From Gemmatimonadaceae bacterium (lineage in GTDB: Bacteria > Gemmatimonadota > Gemmatimonadetes > Gemmatimonadales > Gemmatimonadaceae): DNA of 64,000 nucleotides. Both the position numbers and the translations under genes were made by a program. Below the pieces are notes generated by a model. The model was not told the origin of the DNA and did not search any database. It saw only the letters and a program-made list of their open reading frames with translations. The stretch spans positions 768,001-832,000 of the forward strand of contig JBHYGA010000004.1 of NCBI GenBank assembly GCA_051859245.1, in the 5' to 3' direction. Shown here piece after piece: positions 57,425-64,000 of the stretch (positions are counted from its first letter, which is position 1; each line of letters begins with the position of its first letter).

Positions 57425-57751
57425 ATGAGTGATTCACAACGTACGGGACCCGGGCTCTGGGAAACGGCGCTGCTGCTCGAACGCGCCGATCGTTTACCAG
57501 AGGCGGAAGAAACACTTCGAAATGGCATACCGCACATTGCCTTCGCTGCACAAATCGCTGAGTTGTACGCACATCGCATGCACCGCCTGCGCGCGCTGGG
57601 CGACCACGCGCGAGCCAACGACGCACGCGAAGCGGCGCGGCGATGGATTCACAACTATGCCAGCATGGCGACCAGCGGCAGCGAGGGCGGAGCGCTTTCG
57701 TATGAGCGCGATCGCTTTTTAGCCGAACTCGGAGACGATCCGAATGCGTAA
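57425..57751 (+). CDS. Hypothetical protein
   Basis: GGAG RBS, operonic spacing; ATSGSEG.A.S.ERD.F motif. Confidence 0.7.
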   Translation: MSDSQRTGPGLWETALLLERADRLPEAEETLRNGIPHIAFAAQIAELYAHRMHRLRALGDHARANDAREAARRWIHNYASMATSGSEGGALSYERDRFLAELGDDPNA

Positions 57752-58841
57752 CAACGCGAAGCGACGCACATTCCTGCTGCTCATTATCACTCTCATTGCC
57801 GGGTGCGCCAACATGTTCAGTCTTTCGGGCAACAAAAAATACTCGCCCGATGATATTGCGTCGTACGAACTTCCTGATAACTGGACGCCGCGTGAGCCCA
57901 CGCGCGAATCAGACTACGCGCTGCATGAGTATCGACGGTCGCAGCGCTGGTGGTTCAAAGCGGGTGATCCGCTCGAAGTGCACGCGTGGGTGGTGATTAC
58001 GTCTCCGAGGGCAGACTCCGCAGCCTTTGAGCGTGGCGTTGAAGACGCCATGAAACGCGTGCGTACAAGCACCGAATTTCCATCGTTTGGCAGCTTCAAG
58101 GACGGCGATCGCGAAACCTGGGTGTACGAAGGCAACTATCAGATCAACACGCTGCACAAGCCGGAGCAGGTACTCTTCGTAAAATCGGTGGACCGAGCGC
58201 GCAAGGTGGCGTTCGTTGCGCGCGTGTACAAACGCAAGATCGATCATGAAGCGCTGCAAAAAATCACACGAACCTTTTTTACATCATTCACGTTTGGCGC
58301 ACGTCGAGAGGCGTTCTTTGCAGAAGTCGCGGACTGGCCAACCGTGCGTGCGGAACGTGTGCGGAGTGAGCGCGCCTACATCGACTCGATGCTGCTGTCG
58401 CAGGGTCTTCCAGCGGCGCGGCTCGACGAAACGGTTGCGCGCGATGGATGGATCTACACGCTGCGCGAGACATCGTTTTCGATCGGGCGACTGCTTGGTT
58501 CGAAAAGAATGCAGACGCCAGGCTATGGCGCGCGCGTTGAACTGGCGTGGCTGCGCTACACCGGATCGGAATGGAAATCGTGGAGGCCATCGAGTGCCGC
58601 ATTCCCTAAACGCGGGCAGCCGTATCAGGCGAGCGAGTACGCAATGACGCGATGGGGCGACGAAATGCAGCCGCCGCTCGATCGCTCGCTCGCGTGGTTC
58701 TTCCATGTGAAGGATTGTCGACTGACCGGAAGCAGCTGGGAAGATGCGCGGACCGTCGCCCCATGCGTTCTGGACGATTGGTTCGACTACGCGCGCGGCG
58801 TGGAGAAGGCGTTCACGGCGGGTGAACTGTTCGTTGAGTAG
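57744..58841 (+). CDS. Hypothetical lipoprotein
   Basis: LIAGC lipobox; GGAG RBS; overlaps upstream stop. Confidence 0.75.
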   Translation: MRNNAKRRTFLLLIITLIAGCANMFSLSGNKKYSPDDIASYELPDNWTPREPTRESDYALHEYRRSQRWWFKAGDPLEVHAWVVITSPRADSAAFERGVEDAMKRVRTSTEFPSFGSFKDGDRETWVYEGNYQINTLHKPEQVLFVKSVDRARKVAFVARVYKRKIDHEALQKITRTFFTSFTFGARREAFFAEVADWPTVRAERVRSERAYIDSMLLSQGLPAARLDETVARDGWIYTLRETSFSIGRLLGSKRMQTPGYGARVELAWLRYTGSEWKSWRPSSAAFPKRGQPYQASEYAMTRWGDEMQPPLDRSLAWFFHVKDCRLTGSSWEDARTVAPCVLDDWFDYARGVEKAFTAGELFVE

Positions 58842-58915
58842 CACGTTGGCTGGCACCCTGACCGATGGCCGTCCGCGAGCGCCGCGCCGTTGAGTGAACG
58901 AGCCCGCGGGGTGCG

Positions 58916-59644
58916 CTATCTCGGCACCATCACCACGCGGTAGCGCGCACTCGTGCCGCTTGGATCCATTGAACCATCGGCCAGAATGCCCTTGCGCATG
59001 GGTACTGGTTCCGTCCAGGCGGTGTCGTCTGCGAACGGGATCGAGCGTAGTCGCATGTCGAGCGTAAAGCCCACATGATCGTACGGCGTGAAGGTGAGCA
59101 TGCGACGCGTGGATTTCGTGTTGAGTCGCCCGCGCATCGGCACCACCCATTCGCCGTTGCGCAGCGCAATCTGATCGCGATGGACCACGAGGTATTCGTT
59201 GTCAGTGTCGCCCGCGTAGAGCGACGCGCGCGAGTTCTCGTTGCGCAGCGCCTGTTCGCTGACGAGCCCCTGCGGAATGAACACTTCTGCTTCGAGTTCA
59301 AGCGCCATTCCATCAATCGTTGGCGCCGTCGGGCGGGTGATCAGCTTCAGGGCGAAGAACAGCACCACGACGGCGTTCGGAAGGAACTGCGCGAGGGCAA
59401 ATGCACGTCCGAACTGCGACCACGTGGAGGCACCGGCAATGCCAGTGGCGACAACTCCCCACACGAGCCCCGCCAGGGCCATCACGGGACCATAGACAAG
59501 AAGGATGCCCATGCTTCCGCCGCCTTCACGATCGTGGATGTTCAGCAGACTCATGAGCGAGAAGCCAACAGCCGCGGTAACAACGAACGCGGCAACGGCG
59601 TTTGCCAACCCAACGGCGACGGCAATGCTCCAGGACATTTTCAT
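58916..59644 (-). CDS. Hypothetical membrane protein
   Basis: Three TM segments (DREGG motif) followed by a soluble domain. Confidence 0.72.
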   Translation of the reverse strand: MKMSWSIAVAVGLANAVAAFVVTAAVGFSLMSLLNIHDREGGGSMGILLVYGPVMALAGLVWGVVATGIAGASTWSQFGRAFALAQFLPNAVVVLFFALKLITRPTAPTIDGMALELEAEVFIPQGLVSEQALRNENSRASLYAGDTDNEYLVVHRDQIALRNGEWVVPMRGRLNTKSTRRMLTFTPYDHVGFTLDMRLRSIPFADDTAWTEPVPMRKGILADGSMDPSGTSARYRVVMVPR

Positions 59645-59734
59645 GGTGGGTGAGATGAGTGTACGTACAGCGTCGAAGCTCAGGCAGGTGCTGTCAGGTA
59701 GTGGTGGATATATCGTCGGGGGCGTCGCGCACGA

Positions 59735-59761
59735 ATCACCTGCGATCACCTGCGGATCACC
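59735..59761 (-). promoter_or_regulatory. Triple GGTGAT direct repeat upstream of 59644
   Basis: ATCACC at 59735, 59745, 59756 on the plus strand. Confidence 0.55.
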
Positions 59762-59830
59762 GTGTCCAGGCCAGGGCAGTGGCGATGCGTCTCGGAGGGT
59801 AGATTGCGCTATGAACCCTCGGGCCGCACG

Positions 59831-60214
59831 ATGATGGTGTCCTGGAGTATTCGCGTGCTGGCGCTGATTCTCGGTCTGGCCGGCGTGATGCACTTTGTGA
59901 CGTCTCGGATCTTTGAGTCGATCGTGCCGCTGTGGCTGCCATCGTGGATGCCAAGTGCTCGCACGCTCGTGTATCTCAGCGGCGTGGCAGAAATCGCGGG
60001 CGCGATCGGTCTGCTGGTGCCCGCAACGCGTGTCGCCGCCGCGTGGTGTTTGATCGTGCTGCTGATCGCGGTGTTTCCGGCGAACGTGCAAATGCTCATG
60101 GACGCGCGAGCACGCGATGCCGCCGCGTGGTGGGTGTTCGCGTTGTGGATACGGCTACCGCTGCAGCCGGCGCTGATCTGGTTTGTATGGCGGAGCGCGA
60201 TTCGGGCGGCGTAG
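59831..60214 (+). CDS. DoxX-like membrane protein
   Basis: AGVMHF, LVYLSGVAEI, LLIAVFPANV, RLPLQ. Confidence 0.9.
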   Translation: MMVSWSIRVLALILGLAGVMHFVTSRIFESIVPLWLPSWMPSARTLVYLSGVAEIAGAIGLLVPATRVAAAWCLIVLLIAVFPANVQMLMDARARDAAAWWVFALWIRLPLQPALIWFVWRSAIRAA

Positions 60215-60329
60215 CGGAACACCGGTATGGGTTCTGCGGTTAATGGAACGTTGCAGAAGGTGCTCCAACGCCATCGCCAGGCGAGCCGCGTGGCTCGCTT
60301 GCTCCCCCCTCGCGTGAGATTGCCCACCC

Positions 60330-61376
60330 ATGCATGCTGGTCGCTACTTCTCGCTGATTACGACCCTCAAGTGGACTCGGCGCGAGATCGTGCTGTTCAC
60401 GATCGCCGCCACGCTGCCGGCCGCCTTGCATCTCGGGCTGGGGTGGAAGTGGCTCGCGCTGCCCTGGGTGCCGGTGGCCCTCATTGGTACGGCGCTCGCG
60501 TTCATCACAGGCTTCAAGAACAACGCGTCGTATGATCGGCTGTGGGAAGCTCGCAAGATCTGGGGCGCGATTGTCAACGTCAGCCGGCAATGGGCGAGTG
60601 CGGTGCTCACCTTTCCCACAGCGGGTACCGAGCCATCTGCAGAGCAATGGCGAAGCAGTGAACCACCCGGCGTTCCCGCATCGGTCAGTGATATTCAACG
60701 TGTGCTCGTAATGCGACACATCGCCTGGCTCACCGCACTGCGTTACCAGCTGCGCACGCCGCGTGAGTGGGAAATGTTGTCAGCCGCACGTGATGACCAG
60801 GGTCCGCTCAGCTTTCCCATTGAGGAGTGGGACAACAAGCTTGAGCAACGACTGCTGGCGCTGTTGCCGCCAGACGATGCGCTGTATGTACTAAGCAAGC
60901 AGAACCGGGCGACTCATTTGCTGGCACTGCAAGCGCGGTCGCTGGAGCAGCTTGCAAATCGCGGCGCGCTGAGTGACTACAAGCGCGTTGACATGCAGCG
61001 ACTCATCAACCAGATGTACGACAATCAGGGTATGTGCGAACGGATCAAGAATTTTCCGTATCCAAGACAGTTCGCCACGCTCAATCGAACGTTCATGTGG
61101 CTCTTTATTGCCATGGTGCCGCTCGGACTGCTCAACGAGTTCGGTCAGGACGACAATCTCATCGCCGCGTTCATGGTACCGGCGTCAGTGATTGTGGGCT
61201 GGGTGTTCTACGTAATGGAGAAGATCGGCGCGGCGAGCGAAAATCCGTTCGAAGGCAGCGCGAACGATGTGCCGATTACGGCGCTCAGTCGCACAATTGA
61301 AATCGATCTTCGGGAGATGCTTGATGACACCAGTATTCCGCCTGCGCTGAAGGCGGCCGACGAAATCCTGATGTAG
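60330..61376 (+). CDS. Bestrophin-family ion channel
   Basis: GFKNNASYDRLWEARKIWG.IVN.SR, CERIK, ENPF..NDVP. Confidence 0.92.
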   Translation: MHAGRYFSLITTLKWTRREIVLFTIAATLPAALHLGLGWKWLALPWVPVALIGTALAFITGFKNNASYDRLWEARKIWGAIVNVSRQWASAVLTFPTAGTEPSAEQWRSSEPPGVPASVSDIQRVLVMRHIAWLTALRYQLRTPREWEMLSAARDDQGPLSFPIEEWDNKLEQRLLALLPPDDALYVLSKQNRATHLLALQARSLEQLANRGALSDYKRVDMQRLINQMYDNQGMCERIKNFPYPRQFATLNRTFMWLFIAMVPLGLLNEFGQDDNLIAAFMVPASVIVGWVFYVMEKIGAASENPFEGSANDVPITALSRTIEIDLREMLDDTSIPPALKAADEILM

Positions 61377-61378
61377 AC

Positions 61379-62449
61379 CTATTGGGCGAGCTCGTCGACC
61401 GGTATCTCGTGCCGCGCACGCACCGCGTCGAGTGTCTCGGCACTTCCCACCACATACAGATACTCGGTGTTCCGCAAATGACTCACGGCGCCAACCTTGT
61501 GTCCCGCCTGATTATGTATGCCGATCTGCGCGCCCACGTAGCGCTTGTAATCATGTTCAAGCACCAGCACCTCGCCGCGCGCGCTCAGCATTTCTGTCAG
61601 GTCGTCGCGTGAGAGATACCCTTCGTCGCTGAATGATACGATCAGCGTTCCAACGTCAAGCGAGCTGATAATCTCCCGGAATGCGTCTGCATGCCGTGGT
61701 CTGCTGTTGAAGTCACTGGGTCGTGTACGCGTGTCAATTCGTTTTCTCGCCACGCCGTACGCCTCGGGTTCGTCGCATCGCACAAGCGTTTCCCAGATGT
61801 GGTAGTTACCGAGATACGAGTGCTGATTGTAGGGCGGGTCGAGATAACCGATGTCGCCCGTATGCATGCGCGCTGCATCACGTGCGTCGAGATGTGTGGC
61901 CGTACCCTTGCCCGCAGGCGCTTGCGCCAGCAACGCCGGCACGCGGAGTTCCAGCGCGTGCGACGCGCGAGGTGCCCACTGTTTGAGATATGCCATCTGC
62001 ACGCCAGTGGTGGAGTCCACGCGATCCGCGGCTTCCATGAGCGATACCAGCGCGATGGCTTCGAGCTCAGCGGGCAGTGCTCGGGCAGCGATCTCGGCGC
62101 GAATCGCGTCGATGCGTGCGCCATTCTCGGGCGTGAAGTATCGCGCGTCTTCGCAGAACGTTCGCGTAAAGTATCCGGCGCGTGGAGCGGTCTGTTGCAA
62201 CTCGTGCAGCAACGAGGCGGCGGTGTCGTGCCACTGTTCAGCGTCGGCCTGCACGTAGCAGGTAGCGAGTGCGTGGGCGTACGCCGCATAGTCATTGGCC
62301 ATGACCCGGAAGCCGGCGCGCTTGAGGGCGTGACCCACCCGCGCAGTACCGGAGAACAGGTCGACCGCCGACGTCGCGCCAGGAATGGCCGTCGCGATGG
62401 CCGAGATCCGGTCGAGCAGCAGACGCTTGGAGCCGAGGTACTTGATCAT
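61379..62449 (-). CDS. Orphan adenine-specific DNA methyltransferase (D12 class)
   Basis: IKYLGSK, DLFSGT (motif I), YLDPPY (motif IV); no adjacent endonuclease. Confidence 0.92.
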   Translation of the reverse strand: MIKYLGSKRLLLDRISAIATAIPGATSAVDLFSGTARVGHALKRAGFRVMANDYAAYAHALATCYVQADAEQWHDTAASLLHELQQTAPRAGYFTRTFCEDARYFTPENGARIDAIRAEIAARALPAELEAIALVSLMEAADRVDSTTGVQMAYLKQWAPRASHALELRVPALLAQAPAGKGTATHLDARDAARMHTGDIGYLDPPYNQHSYLGNYHIWETLVRCDEPEAYGVARKRIDTRTRPSDFNSRPRHADAFREIISSLDVGTLIVSFSDEGYLSRDDLTEMLSARGEVLVLEHDYKRYVGAQIGIHNQAGHKVGAVSHLRNTEYLYVVGSAETLDAVRARHEIPVDELAQ

Positions 62450-62476
62450 CGTTGGAACCTACGGCGCAGTCACGTG

Positions 62477-62506
62477 TTGACATAGGGCACGGGAGCTGTG
62501 TAGGCT
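62477..62506 (+). promoter_or_regulatory. Sigma70 promoter TTGACA-N18-TAGGCT upstream of the riboswitch
   Basis: TTGACA 62477-62482, TGTG-TAGGCT 62497-62506. Confidence 0.7.
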
Positions 62507-62520
62507 CCAAGACAACTGAA

Positions 62521-62572
62521 GCCGTGGTCTTTTGCCGCCTATTGCCGCCACGTAAAACAAAGAGCTAAAACG
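62521..62572 (+). ncRNA. SAM-II (SAM-alpha-like) riboswitch aptamer
   Basis: GCCGUGG-UCUUUUG..UUGC-CGCCACGU-AAAACAAAGA-GCUAAA: P1 CGUGG/CCACG, pseudoknot partner CAAAGA, conserved UUGC and GCUAAA. Confidence 0.78.
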
Positions 62573-62577
62573 CGAAT

Positions 62578-62608
62578 GCCCGGCGGCCGCAGTTCCGTCG
62601 GGCTTTTT
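62578..62608 (+). terminator. Intrinsic terminator in the 5' leader (riboswitch expression platform)
   Basis: gcccggcgg-ccgcagtt-ccgtcgggc followed by ttttt, 40 nt before the ATG. Confidence 0.78.
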
Positions 62609-62647
62609 CGTGTTCGGACGGCGCACACTTTGCGTCGAGGGTTTGTT

Positions 62648-63622
62648 ATGTCGTTACGTCCCATTGCTGTTCTGCACGAACATCCGGACTGGTTTCGGCC
62701 GCTGTTCGCCGAGCTTGATGCGCGCGGCCTGCCCTACGAGCGGCTCGATGCCGCCGCGCACAGCTACGATCCGTCGCAGGAGAACGTGCCTTACTCGGCG
62801 GTGTTCAACCGGGCGAGTCCGAGCGCCTATTTGCGTGGGAACGGCTCCAGCATTTTTGCCACGCTGCACTGGTTGCGGCACCTCGAACGATTCGATGTGC
62901 CAGTGGTGAACAACGCCAAGGCGTACGCGCTGGAGTTGTCGAAGGCAAACCAGCTGGATTTGTTGGCCAGCCTTGGTCTGCCTTTCCCCAGGAGCCGTGT
63001 AATCAACAATCCCTCGTTGGCGGCAAAGGCCGCTGAGGGGCTGCGATACCCGGTGTTGGTGAAGGCGAATATCGGTGGTAGTGGCGCGGGGATCGTGCGC
63101 TACGATTCCGCCGACGCGCTCGCTGGAGCTGTGGCACGCGGCGAAGTAGAAGTGGGCATTGACGGTACGGCGCTGGTGCAGGAATCCGCCCCGCTTCGCA
63201 ACGGTCACATCACGCGCGTGGAAACACTCGGCGGAAAGTATCTCTACGCCATCAATGTGTTTCCACCGCAGGACTCGTTCGATCTGTGCCCGGCCGATGC
63301 GTGTCAGACCACGTCTGGCGTTGAGCTTGTACGCGGCGCGTGCGCGATCGACGCGCCGAAAACCGGCATGCGCGTGGAAGGCACGCGTCCTTCTGATGCG
63401 ATCATTGCGCAGGTGGAGCTGATCTCCCAGACGGCTGGCATTGATGTGGGTGGCATTGAGTTGCTGGTGGATGATCGTGATGGTCAGCACTACTTCTACG
63501 ACATCAACGCGCTCTCAAACTTCGTGGCCGACGCACCCAATGTGATCGGATTTGATCCATTTGCGCGGCTTGTTGATTACCTCGAAGTGCGAGCTGGCTA
63601 CTCAACCGTCACGGTGCCGTGA
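62648..63622 (+). CDS. ATP-grasp protein (RimK/glutathione-synthetase-like)
   Basis: HEHPDWF.PLF.EL, YPVLVKANIGGSGAGI, LVQE, GGIE..D.RDG..FYDINALSNF. Confidence 0.88.
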   Translation: MSLRPIAVLHEHPDWFRPLFAELDARGLPYERLDAAAHSYDPSQENVPYSAVFNRASPSAYLRGNGSSIFATLHWLRHLERFDVPVVNNAKAYALELSKANQLDLLASLGLPFPRSRVINNPSLAAKAAEGLRYPVLVKANIGGSGAGIVRYDSADALAGAVARGEVEVGIDGTALVQESAPLRNGHITRVETLGGKYLYAINVFPPQDSFDLCPADACQTTSGVELVRGACAIDAPKTGMRVEGTRPSDAIIAQVELISQTAGIDVGGIELLVDDRDGQHYFYDINALSNFVADAPNVIGFDPFARLVDYLEVRAGYSTVTVP

Positions 63623-64000
63623 TGCGATACGGCTACTGGCTTCCGGTGTTCGGTGGTTGGCTGCGCAACGTGGAAGACGAAGGCATGCAGGCGTCATGGG
63701 CGTATGTGCAGCGTCTCGCGCGTCGCAGCGAAGAACTGGGATATGATCTCACGTTGATTGCCGAACTGTTCTTGAACGACATCAAGGGTGTACAGGCGCC
63801 AGCCCTTGACGCGTGGTCAACCGCGGCGGCGCTCGCCGCAGTCACGCAGCGACTGGAGTTGATGGTGGCGGTGCGCCCCACGTTTCATCATCCGGCCACG
63901 CTTGCCAAGCAGGCGGCAACGATTGACCAGATCAGCAACGGCCGCTTGTCGCTCAACGTGGTGTCATCGTGGTGGAAAGACGAGGCGCGACGTTATGGCT
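63622..64000 (+). CDS. LLM-class flavin-dependent monooxygenase (SsuD/SfnG-like), 5' part
   Basis: Manual translation MRYGYWLPVFGGWLRNVEDEGM..GYDLTLIAEL..DAWSTAAALAAVT.RLELMVAVRP..LAKQAATIDQISNGRLSLNVVS; TGATG overlap. Confidence 0.9.
   Translation, partial: MRYGYWLPVFGGWLRNVEDEGMQASWAYVQRLARRSEELGYDLTLIAELFLNDIKGVQAPALDAWSTAAALAAVTQRLELMVAVRPTFHHPATLAKQAATIDQISNGRLSLNVVSSWWKDEARRYG

Noticed and set aside
61379..62449. Restriction-modification system, or riboswitch control of the methyltransferase
   Set aside because: No endonuclease nearby; the riboswitch is on the opposite strand facing the ATP-grasp gene

Overview
GC-rich bacterial genomic DNA, most likely Gemmatimonadota. This is inferred from gene content: TPR-fused Ser/Thr kinase, Gly-rich VPS10/BNR protein, many carboxypeptidase-regulatory-like proteins and 6-bladed propellers. 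It holds about 55 CDS; no rRNA, tRNA, CRISPR array or intact transposase was seen. Ordinary content includes a TetR-TolC-MFP-RND efflux operon, tgt, a DeaD-like helicase, a LytTR/LytS pair, three ECF sigma factors, GDPD, a BamA/TamA-like protein, a PagL-like protein, bestrophin and an orphan adenine methyltransferase. Highlights: (1) A tandem array of five secreted paralogues (39971-47074), each with carboxypeptidase-regulatory-like domains, a TonB-box-like segment and a TonB-dependent-receptor plug-like domain but no beta-barrel, all ending WT-x-x-GLRP; two domain-shuffled relatives lie nearby. (2) A SAM-II (SAM-alpha-like) riboswitch with an intrinsic terminator ahead of an ATP-grasp plus luciferase-like monooxygenase operon. 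(3) Back-to-back ECF42-type promoters driving a cytoplasmic and an apparently exported DGPF/YciI paralogue. (4) An HExxH lipoprotein ORF interrupted by one in-frame TGA. (5) An antitoxin-like/AbiEii-like fusion lacking the NTase motifs. (6) REP/MITE-like inverted-repeat elements, several orphan operator-like motifs and four leaderless-type starts. All calls come from reading motifs by eye; no database search was run, and several start codons are best guesses.
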